A stretch of 64,000 bases of DNA from Oscillospiraceae bacterium (GTDB lineage Bacteria; Bacillota; Clostridia; Oscillospirales; CAG-382). The stretch covers positions 87 through 64,086 of the forward strand of contig SVRW01000008.1 in assembly GCA_015064625.1 (NCBI GenBank), given 5' to 3'. Numbering within the stretch: position 1 is the stretch's first letter; every line of letters begins with the position of its first letter. Under the pieces are notes generated by a model that saw only the letters and a list, made by a program, of their open reading frames with translations, did not search any database and was not told where the DNA came from. A program made the translations under genes and the position numbers. Shown in pieces: positions 23,101 to 30,915 of the stretch.

Positions 23101-24186
23101 TTATGCGTTTTCTTTTTCAAACGCTTTCATAAACTCAACGAGCTTTTCAACGCCCTCTACAGGCATTGCATTGTAGATGGAAGCTCTCATACCGCCTACA
23201 GACCTATGTCCCTTAAGGTTTACAAAGCCTGCCTTAGTTGCTTCTGCACAGAATTTCTTGTCAAGATCTGCGTCGCCCGTAACAAAGCAAACGTTCATAA
23301 GAGAACGATGTTCTTTTTCTGCAGTTGCCTTGAAGAGCTTGGAAGAATCAAGATAATCGTAAAGCATTTTTGCTTTTGTAACGTTGATTTTTTCCATTGC
23401 TTCAAGTCCACCCTTTTCGAGAAGATAATCGAAAACAAGACCTGCAAAGTAAATACCATATGTAGGAGGCGTATTATACATAGATTCGTTTTTAGCCTGA
23501 ACGGTATAGTTAAGAATAACCGGGGTTTCGGGAGCGGCAAAGCCAAGCATGTCTTCTCTCACGATAACAACAGTAACACCAGCAGGACCGATGTTTTTCT
23601 GTGCGCCTGCATAGATAACCGCATATTTGCTAACGTCTATAGGGCGGGAAAGAATACCGGAAGACATATCAGCAATCAAGGGGATATCACCTGTATCGGG
23701 AACATAGTTATAAACGGTTCCGAAAATAGTGTTGTTATAGCAAATGTGAACGTAGTCTGCATCGGGAGAAATGTCGGATTTCTCAACCTTGGGAACGTAT
23801 GTAAAGTTCTTATCCTTTGAGCTTGCAATAATTTTAACTTCACCATATTTTGCAGCTTCTTCGGCAGCCTTGCCGGAGAACTGACCTGAAACGATATAAT
23901 CTGCTTTTTTATTCTTCGTCATGAAGTTCATAGCAATAGCGGCAAACTGAGCAGTTGCACCGCCCTGAAGGAAAAGCACCTTGTAATTATCAGGAATATT
24001 CATGAGCTTTCTGAGAGAAGCTTCTGCTGCATGAATGATTTCTTCGTATACTGCCGAACGGTGGCTCATTTCCATAACGCTCATTCCTGAGCCATTGTAA
24101 TTACAAAGCTCGGAAGCTGCTTTTTCAAGCAATTCTAAAGGGAGCATGGAAGGTCCCGCGGAAAAATTAAAAACTCTGTCTGACAT
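23101..24186 (-). CDS. serC: phosphoserine aminotransferase
   Basis: 361 aa. MSDRVFNFSAGPSMLPLELLEKA is the canonical SerC start. Class V aminotransferase layout. Confidence 0.93.
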   Translation of the reverse strand: MSDRVFNFSAGPSMLPLELLEKAASELCNYNGSGMSVMEMSHRSAVYEEIIHAAEASLRKLMNIPDNYKVLFLQGGATAQFAAIAMNFMTKNKKADYIVSGQFSGKAAEEAAKYGEVKIIASSKDKNFTYVPKVEKSDISPDADYVHICYNNTIFGTVYNYVPDTGDIPLIADMSSGILSRPIDVSKYAVIYAGAQKNIGPAGVTVVIVREDMLGFAAPETPVILNYTVQAKNESMYNTPPTYGIYFAGLVFDYLLEKGGLEAMEKINVTKAKMLYDYLDSSKLFKATAEKEHRSLMNVCFVTGDADLDKKFCAEATKAGFVNLKGHRSVGGMRASIYNAMPVEGVEKLVEFMKAFEKENA

Positions 24187-24262
24187 AATTTCAACCTGTC
24201 TTTCTTACTTATTTCTTATTTTCCACGGATAGTATCTGAAGACATATCCGCTTATCAGGGGT

Positions 24263-24291
24263 ATTTTACTACATAAATTATAAATTGTCAA
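24263..24291 (-). promoter_or_regulatory. sigma-A-type promoter for serC-serA
   Basis: Minus strand reads TTGACA (24291-24286), a 17-nt spacer, then TAAAAT (24268-24263). Confidence 0.5.
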
Positions 24292-24311
24292 TAATATATT
24301 TGGTTTTTCTC

Positions 24312-24340
24312 TTGACAAAAGGTAAAAATTTTGTTATAGT
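24312..24340 (+). promoter_or_regulatory. sigma-A-type promoter for the Wzz/BY-kinase operon
   Basis: TTGACA (24312-24317), a 17-nt spacer, then TATAGT (24335-24340). Divergent from the serC promoter. Leaves a ~155-nt leader. Confidence 0.55.
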
Positions 24341-24500
24341 GAATAAGGTTAATTTTGTACATTTCTCACCTATGCTTCAAAATATATCGCGGTTGATGGA
24401 GACCGAACGCGTGAACATCGATAATCTTAACTTATTACTCATCTTATTTATCATCGAATACGCATTTTTTATATTAGTTCTAATACTGGAGGGCAATCAA

Positions 24501-25274
24501 ATGGATTTTTCTTTTTCGCTGGAAAAAATCATAAAGGTGGTCAAACGCTTCTTCTTACTTATCATAGTTTTTGCCGTTGCATTTTATGCTTTGGGCTACT
24601 ATATCACTTTAAAGAAGACTAACGTTTCCTACTACTCCTATACGGATCTTTATATTCATACAACCTCATCAAGCGTAGAAGATTACGTTAAATACATGGA
24701 TTCGGAAGCCAGATATGTTGATACTTACCTTCTTACTATAGACACGTATAAGTTTTACGAAGAATTAAGACAACAGCTCCCCGAAAAATGGCGTGACAAG
24801 GTTTCTGCGGGTTATCTTAAAGGCGCTGTATCTCCTTCCATACGAGAGGAATCGGCGATAGTACGTTTTTCAGTATATACGAACGACCCGGATCTTTCGA
24901 AAACGATAGCCACAACGCTCAGTCTTTATATGGACGATTATCTTTTCAATAACTTCCGTGTAAACAGCGTCCAAGTTGTTGAAAGTCCGCGTCCTCCCAT
25001 CCCATCCGTAACACAAAACAGATACTTTTCGATTATTCTTGCTGTGGTAGGCATTCTTGCAGGCTTCAGTATAGGATATATTAAAGAAATCAATGACATA
25101 AGAATCCGCACAGTCGCAGATATAGAAAGATACAAAATCCCCGTATTGGGCGTTGTTCCCGCATTCTCTTCATCTCCTGTAAAAAAAGGCAAGAAGTATG
25201 CTTACGGCGGATATGACACTTATTCGAATGCATCCGCAAAACTCGAAGCAGCAGACAAGAAAAACAAAAAATAA
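24501..25274 (+). CDS. Wzz/CpsC-type polysaccharide chain-length determinant (BY-kinase transmembrane modulator)
   Basis: ORF track 24285..25274 starts at TTG. The ATG at 24501 follows TGGAGGG. Two TM segments flank a ~170-aa loop. The C-terminal DIRIRTVADIERYKIPVLGVVP is typical of CpsC/YveK. Confidence 0.75.
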   Translation: MDFSFSLEKIIKVVKRFFLLIIVFAVAFYALGYYITLKKTNVSYYSYTDLYIHTTSSSVEDYVKYMDSEARYVDTYLLTIDTYKFYEELRQQLPEKWRDKVSAGYLKGAVSPSIREESAIVRFSVYTNDPDLSKTIATTLSLYMDDYLFNNFRVNSVQVVESPRPPIPSVTQNRYFSIILAVVGILAGFSIGYIKEINDIRIRTVADIERYKIPVLGVVPAFSSSPVKKGKKYAYGGYDTYSNASAKLEAADKKNKK

Positions 25275-25289
25275 AGGAGGGAGCTTCTG

Positions 25290-26177
25290 ATGTTCGGAAA
25301 ACGCAAATCAAGTAACGAAAGAAAAATATACACATCGGGATATCATCCTGAAAGCGAAAAAGATAAGCTTCTTTCCTTTTCCGTTAAAGAAGCGTATAAG
25401 GCTATAAGAACAAACATAGTTTTGTCTCTTATAAAAGACGGATGCAAGGTAATAACCTTTACAAGTCCGGTCCCTTCAGAAGGGAAATCCACAACTATTT
25501 CAAACGTTGCGGTGTCACTTTCAAAAGCATATTACAGAGTTCTCCTCATAGATTGCGATCTACTCAAGCCACGTTTGCACAAAACCTTCAAAATAAAGAA
25601 CACGTCAGGATTGACAAACGTATTGAGCAAGCTTTCAAGCTTTGAAAGCAGTGTTCAGGTTCTTGATGATTACAGCGGGATCCACGTGCTTACGGCTGGT
25701 ATTTCAGCACCAAACCCTTCGGAAATGCTTGGCAGTGACAGAATGAAAGAGCTTCTTGCTTCACTTACTGAAAAGTATGATTACATTCTTATTGATACTC
25801 CACCTATAAACATCCTTTCTGATGGTCTAAGCCTTGCCCGCATATCCGACGGGGTTGTACTGGTTGTAAGACAGGATCATTCGACACACGACGAGCTTAA
25901 GCAAGCAATAAATTCCATTGAATTTATTTCCGCAAAAATCATCGGTATCGTTTATAACGGTATGAGCGGAGAAAAGACGGTCGGAGGAGGATACGGAAAA
26001 TCCTCAAAATACGGCAAATACGGTAAATACGGTAAATACGGTAAATACGGTCGTTATGGTTCGTATAATTCGTACAGCTATGCAGCAACGTACGGAGATA
26101 AGGAACGCAAGGGCGATCAAACGAAAGAAAAAGGATTTATCGAAGTTGAAGAAAAATCCGAAGGTAGCGAAGGTTAA
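25290..26177 (+). CDS. CpsD/CapB-family bacterial tyrosine kinase
   Basis: AAGGAGG RBS. Walker A: TSPVPSEGKSTT. Walker A'/B: VLLIDCDLLKP and YILIDTPP. C-terminal Tyr cluster: YGKSSKYGKYGKYGKYGKYGRYGSYNSYSYAATYG. Confidence 0.85.
   Translation: MFGKRKSSNERKIYTSGYHPESEKDKLLSFSVKEAYKAIRTNIVLSLIKDGCKVITFTSPVPSEGKSTTISNVAVSLSKAYYRVLLIDCDLLKPRLHKTFKIKNTSGLTNVLSKLSSFESSVQVLDDYSGIHVLTAGISAPNPSEMLGSDRMKELLASLTEKYDYILIDTPPINILSDGLSLARISDGVVLVVRQDHSTHDELKQAINSIEFISAKIIGIVYNGMSGEKTVGGGYGKSSKYGKYGKYGKYGKYGRYGSYNSYSYAATYGDKERKGDQTKEKGFIEVEEKSEGSEG
26007..26051 (+). repeat. 5 x 9-bp in-frame tandem repeat (AAATACGGY = Lys-Tyr-Gly) in the BY-kinase tail
   Basis: aaatacggc is followed by four perfect aaatacggt units at 26007-26051, then degenerate units (cgttatggt...). 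Confidence 0.9.
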
Positions 26178-26191
26178 TACGGAGACGGCTT

Positions 26192-26929
26192 ATGGTAGAT
26201 TTCCACACACATATTATTCCCGCTATTGACGATGGAGCAAAAACAGCAGAAGACTCCATACATCTGCTTAAATCTCTCAAAGATCTTGGGATGACGCAAG
26301 TTGTACTGTCACCTCACTATTATCCTGCTCAGGAAAAGATTCAGGATTTTATTTCAAGACGTGATGCGTCCTGTAAAATTCTTGCAGAAAAATTGGAAAA
26401 GTCAAATGAAAGCTTTCCAAAGCTTCATCTGGCTTCCGAGGTTTATCTTGAACCAATAATTTTCAACAACGAAGACTTGACGCCTCTTACCGTAGATATG
26501 AGCGGTAAATTCATGCTTACGGAGCTTTTGTACGAAAAAGAATTCACAAACTCCACAGAAGCCATGATAAGACAGCTGGTTTATTCTTATAACCTTGTTC
26601 CTATACTTGCACATATTGACAGATATCCATTTTTGATGAAAGAAAAGAATCTTTATCACCTTCTTGAAATGGGATGTGTGGCGCAGATAAATCTTTCCTC
26701 ACTCACAAACTTTTTCCAGAGGAAAAAGCTGTTTAAATATTTGGAAAAAGGGTATATTGGTGTTATAGGCTCGGATATACACAACAAATCATATTTTGAA
26801 AACGTCAAAGCAGGTCTTTCTTATTTAAGAGAGGACGACATTGAATATATTACAGACGTTTCAAAAGGAATATTAAAAAAAGTTAAAAAGGATTCGGACG
26901 ATAATTACCCCGAGATAGTCGTTGATTAA
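26192..26929 (+). CDS. CpsB/CapC-type PHP-domain protein-tyrosine phosphatase
   Basis: 245 aa. MVDFHTHIIPAIDDGAKTAEDS and later SPHY, LAHIDRY and GSDIH metal-ligand motifs. Confidence 0.85.
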   Translation: MVDFHTHIIPAIDDGAKTAEDSIHLLKSLKDLGMTQVVLSPHYYPAQEKIQDFISRRDASCKILAEKLEKSNESFPKLHLASEVYLEPIIFNNEDLTPLTVDMSGKFMLTELLYEKEFTNSTEAMIRQLVYSYNLVPILAHIDRYPFLMKEKNLYHLLEMGCVAQINLSSLTNFFQRKKLFKYLEKGYIGVIGSDIHNKSYFENVKAGLSYLREDDIEYITDVSKGILKKVKKDSDDNYPEIVVD

Positions 26930-26933
26930 AACA

Positions 26934-27635
26934 ATGCTGGAATTAAAAAACATATCCTTTGTTGCAGAAAACAAAAAAATAATAGATGATATAAGCTTGA
27001 CGGTCAACGACGGAGAGATTCTTCTGTTTACAGGACCTAACGGCGGCGGTAAAACTACACTTGCAAAAATAATGATGGGTATAGTAACACCTACATCGGG
27101 TAAAATTCTTCTTGACGGTGAAGATATTACGGATATGCCAATAACGGAGCGTGCGCAAAAAGGAATCGGATACGCATTTCAGACTCCTGCCCGCTTCAAA
27201 GGTCTTACCGTGAGAAGACTTCTCAAAATTGCATGTGGAGAAAACTTTTCCGATGATTGCTGTTGCGATTTACTTTCTATGGTAGGTCTTTGTCAGAAGG
27301 AATACTTAAACAGACCTTTGGACACTTCCCTTTCAGGCGGTGAGCTTAAGCGTATTGAGGTTGCTTCAATATTGGCGAGAAAGCTTAAAGTAGCGATTTA
27401 TGACGAGCCTGAAGCAGGAATCGACCTTTGGAGCTTCAATATGCTTGTTGACACCTTTGCTTCTCAGAAAGGAAAAGGTTCAACAGTAATTATTTCCCAT
27501 CAGGAACGAATAATGAGGCTTGCTGACAGAATCGCTGTTATTTCGGGAGGAAAAATCTCCGAAATAGCATCGGGCGGCGAAATGCTTCCCAAGCTTTCAG
27601 GATATTTCAACAAATCCTGCGGTAAACTCAAATAA
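26934..27635 (+). CDS. SufC-like ABC ATPase
   Basis: ORF track starts at TTG 26922, overlapping the cpsB stop; ATG 26934 is used here, but the start is uncertain. Walker A GPNGGGKTT, a SufC-like ITERAQKGIGYAFQTPARFKGLTV segment, the LSGGELKR signature, and Walker B AIYDEPEAGID. Confidence 0.75.
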   Translation: MLELKNISFVAENKKIIDDISLTVNDGEILLFTGPNGGGKTTLAKIMMGIVTPTSGKILLDGEDITDMPITERAQKGIGYAFQTPARFKGLTVRRLLKIACGENFSDDCCCDLLSMVGLCQKEYLNRPLDTSLSGGELKRIEVASILARKLKVAIYDEPEAGIDLWSFNMLVDTFASQKGKGSTVIISHQERIMRLADRIAVISGGKISEIASGGEMLPKLSGYFNKSCGKLK

Positions 27636-27657
27636 AATAATACGGACGGAAAAATAG

Positions 27658-28605
27658 ATGTCTGATCTTCTAAATCTTTCTAAAAAACTTTTATCAATCG
27701 ACGATTTTTCCTTGCTCAAAACCATTGCCGACATGCCTGCCATTCCTGACGGTGCGGTAAACGTAAGAAAAAACGGTGAAGGTGTTTTGAGAAATTCAAC
27801 GGAAAACGTTAAAATCGAACCAAAAAAAGACAAAAGCGGAATTGACGTATACGTAAAAGCGAACTCCAAAGGAGAACGTGTTCATATTCCCGTTATTATC
27901 ACTGACGGTGGTATATCCGAGCTTGTTTACAACGACTTTTACATTGGAGAAAATGCGGAATGTGAGATTGTTGCAGGTTGCGGTATTCATAACAACGATA
28001 CCTGTAATTCAAGCCGCCACGACGGTGTACACGCGTTCCATCTTGGAAAAGGAGCAAAAGTACGTTATACTGAAAAGCATTTCGGTGGTGGGTCGGGCGA
28101 GAACATAATGAACCCCATAACCGAAATATATATGGACGAGGATTCTGTTTTTGACCTTGATACAACACAGATTGAGGGCGTTACCTCAACGGACCGCAGA
28201 ACGTTTGCAAAGGTTGGAGCGAACGCAAAGCTTAACATGACGGAGCGTTTGGTTACCCACGATGAACAGATTGCAAAATCTGACGTTGATATTTCTCTTG
28301 AAGGCGAAGGAGCGGCACTTCGAATAATCTCACGTTCTGTTGCAAGAGATTCTTCAAAACAGATATTCCATCCACGTGCCATAGGCAACTCTGCTTGTGC
28401 CGCACATATTCAATGTGACTCAATTATAATGGATAATGCGGTTGTAACGTCTATTCCCGAAATAGTTGCAAACTCCGCAGATGCACAAATGATTCACGAA
28501 GCCGCCATCGGCAGAATCAATAACGAACAGCTTCTCAAGCTCCAAACTCTTGGACTTACCACGGAAGAAGCAGAAACTGTAATTGTCGAGGGCTTTTTGG
28601 AATAA
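27658..28605 (+). CDS. short SufB/SufD-family Fe-S scaffold-like protein
   Basis: 315 aa. Beta-helix-like SufBD repeats (VVNSxA, SDSIIMDNA...), the C-terminal HEAAIGRINNEQLLKLQTLGLTTEEAETVIVEGF typical of SufB/SufD, and adjacency to the SufC-like gene. Confidence 0.7.
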   Translation: MSDLLNLSKKLLSIDDFSLLKTIADMPAIPDGAVNVRKNGEGVLRNSTENVKIEPKKDKSGIDVYVKANSKGERVHIPVIITDGGISELVYNDFYIGENAECEIVAGCGIHNNDTCNSSRHDGVHAFHLGKGAKVRYTEKHFGGGSGENIMNPITEIYMDEDSVFDLDTTQIEGVTSTDRRTFAKVGANAKLNMTERLVTHDEQIAKSDVDISLEGEGAALRIISRSVARDSSKQIFHPRAIGNSACAAHIQCDSIIMDNAVVTSIPEIVANSADAQMIHEAAIGRINNEQLLKLQTLGLTTEEAETVIVEGFLE

Positions 28606-28697
28606 AGCCCTCTTCTTTTCTCTTTCGGTGAAAGAGAAAAGAAGCAAAAGAGAAAGCAAGCCTTTAACAAAAAAACTTATTATTGAAAGATGGTATC

Positions 28698-30797
28698 ATG
28701 AAAAAAACCTATAAAGTACAAACAATACGATGTCAATCCTGCGTTAATGCTATTGAAGGGAAGCTTTCAAAATTGGAATCGGTCAAATCCGCTTCCGCAT
28801 CATTGGCATCGGGTTTTTTAACCGTTGAATTTGACGGTGACGAAAAAGAGATAATATCCGCTGTTAAATCCCTCGGATTTGATATCTACGAAAAAGGCAA
28901 AGAACCTAAAGAAGAAAAGAAGGACAGAGCAACACTCAGAATAATTCTTTGTGCAATAATCCTTGTTCTTGCACATGTTGTTATGCATTTCGTAAAGGAT
29001 ATAACACTTTCAGGTATTTTACAGCTTGCTTTATCCCTGATTATTTGCGGAATATGCAGTGGTTATTTCGTTCGTGGTATAAAAGGGTTTATTTCACTCT
29101 CCCCAAATATGGAATCTCTTGTCATAACGGGGGTTATTGCCTCGGTTTTATACAGTACAGCTTCAATCATATTGGGTGGAGACTATTATTTCGACGGCGC
29201 TATTATGATTTTCACCGTTGTTTCCCTTGGAAAATATATAGAAAGCAGAGTGAAGAAAAAAGCCTTCGATTCCATAGGCGAATTTATGAGCCTTATTCCC
29301 GACGTTGCCGAAGTTGAACGGGGAAACGGAGTTTACAAGATTCCGATTTCCGAAATTAAAGAAGGGGACGTAGTTATAGTCAAGGAAGGTGGAACTGTTC
29401 CCGTTGACGGAATCATAATCGAAGGGGCGGCTTCCTTTGACACAAGTGCAATTACGGGCGAAAGCCTGCCTTCAGACCTTTCTTTCGGCGATGAGGTTAT
29501 TTCATCCTCAATAAATCTTTCGGGCTACGTGAAAATAGAAGCGTTAAGCGTTAACGGCGACAGAATTGTTGATAAAATAGCATCCTTGATGGAAGAAGCA
29601 TCCGCAACGAAAGCACCAATAGCCCGTTTTGCAGACCAAGTGAGCAAATATTTTGTTCCATCTGTTATAGGAATTTCTATTCTCACGGGAATATGCCATC
29701 TTATTTTCGGAGATCCTTCTTCAGCTATAACTCACGCTGTTGCAGTTTTAGTCGTTTCCTGCCCCTGTGCGCTCGGACTTGCCACTCCTGCGGCTGTAAT
29801 GGCTGCCGTGGGTAAAGGCGCAAGTAAAGGAATCCTGATAAAAAACGCAGCTGCCCTTGAAGAAACGGGCAGAGCAACAACTGTTATTTTCGACAAAACA
29901 GGAACGGTTACAACGGGAAAGCTTACCGTAGCGGAAGCTGTTTCTGAAAAAGGTGAGCTTCTGGCAAAATACGCCGCATCCATTGAAGCGCAAAGCTCAC
30001 ATCCTGCAGCAGCTTCCATCAGAGAATACTATTCGTCGGTAAAAGCTGAAAAGGTAACGGGATTTTCAACAATCGCAGGTAGAGGTGTCGAAGGCTTTAT
30101 CGAAGAAAACGGAAAAGAAAAAAGGATAATCGGCGGAAACCTTCGCTTCATGGAAGAAAACGGTATTAGTGTTCCAGAAGTTTCCAATATTGGAAAAACG
30201 TTGCTTTATTTTGCCTGCGACGGTGAATATATAGGATATATTGCCCTTTCGGACGTTCCGAGAGCTGATGCAAAAGAAGGTATAACCCGTCTTAAAGAAA
30301 TGGGACTTCAGGTTATAATGTTAAGCGGTGACAATGAAGCGTCCGTTTCTGACATTGCATCAAAAACCGGAATCGAAAATTATAAATTCTCTCTTTTGCC
30401 TGCAGACAAAGAAAGATATATAAGAGAATTAAAGGAAAAAGGCGAAAAAGTCATTATGGTAGGCGACGGAACAAATGACGCTCCATCTCTTATTAGTGCA
30501 AACGTTGGTATTGCCGTAAGTAGCGGAACGGATATTTCCGTTGAATCAGCTGATATAGTCACTATGTCGGAAAATCTTACGAAGGTTTCATCTGCTGTCA
30601 GATTGGGTAAAAATGCTCTTTCAATTATAAAGCAAAATCTTTTCTGGGCTCTTATATACAATTCCATTTGTATTCCCATTGCGGCAGGAGCGATTCCTTT
30701 TATTCAGATGTCGCCTCCATTTGCTGCTATTGCTATGAGTCTTAGTTCCATATGTGTGGTTTCCAATGCTTCAAGGCTTAGATTCAAGAAAATATAG
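28698..30797 (+). CDS. copA: Cu(I)-type P1B heavy-metal-translocating P-type ATPase
   Basis: ORF track starts at TTG 28683; the ATG is at 28698. Motifs: N-terminal HMA CQSC, TM CPC (SCPCALGLATP), DKTGT, NLFWALIYNSICIP (N-x6-YN-x4-P), PPFAAIAMSLSSICVVSN (M-xx-SS) and GDGTNDAP. Confidence 0.85.
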   Translation: MKKTYKVQTIRCQSCVNAIEGKLSKLESVKSASASLASGFLTVEFDGDEKEIISAVKSLGFDIYEKGKEPKEEKKDRATLRIILCAIILVLAHVVMHFVKDITLSGILQLALSLIICGICSGYFVRGIKGFISLSPNMESLVITGVIASVLYSTASIILGGDYYFDGAIMIFTVVSLGKYIESRVKKKAFDSIGEFMSLIPDVAEVERGNGVYKIPISEIKEGDVVIVKEGGTVPVDGIIIEGAASFDTSAITGESLPSDLSFGDEVISSSINLSGYVKIEALSVNGDRIVDKIASLMEEASATKAPIARFADQVSKYFVPSVIGISILTGICHLIFGDPSSAITHAVAVLVVSCPCALGLATPAAVMAAVGKGASKGILIKNAAALEETGRATTVIFDKTGTVTTGKLTVAEAVSEKGELLAKYAASIEAQSSHPAAASIREYYSSVKAEKVTGFSTIAGRGVEGFIEENGKEKRIIGGNLRFMEENGISVPEVSNIGKTLLYFACDGEYIGYIALSDVPRADAKEGITRLKEMGLQVIMLSGDNEASVSDIASKTGIENYKFSLLPADKERYIRELKEKGEKVIMVGDGTNDAPSLISANVGIAVSSGTDISVESADIVTMSENLTKVSSAVRLGKNALSIIKQNLFWALIYNSICIPIAAGAIPFIQMSPPFAAIAMSLSSICVVSNASRLRFKKI

Positions 30798-30873
30798 TAT
30801 TCAACGAAACTGCAAAAAAAGTTTTATATCAAGCTATCTTTTTTATAGTTAATCTTGCTTTAATAATCCAGGT

Positions 30874-30900
30874 GTATAAATTCAGTATAAGAATTTATAC
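30874..30900 (+). promoter_or_regulatory. perfect 10-bp inverted repeat abutting the RBS of the downstream lipoprotein gene
   Basis: gtataaattc (30874-30883), agtataa loop, gaatttatac (30891-30900), followed immediately by AAGGAG and the TTG start at 30916. Confidence 0.3.
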
Positions 30901-30915
30901 AAGGAGAAGCTTATT

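Noticed and set aside
22117-23176. 302-aa and 179-aa plus-strand ORFs inside serA
   Set aside because: They are antisense to a well-supported dehydrogenase gene, with no RBS and no recognisable motifs.
24285-24500. 72-codon N-terminal extension of the Wzz ORF from a TTG
   Set aside because: The extension would begin upstream of the predicted promoter (24312-24340), and the TTG has no RBS. The ATG at 24501 has TGGAGGG upstream and gives the expected short cytoplasmic N-terminus followed by TM1.
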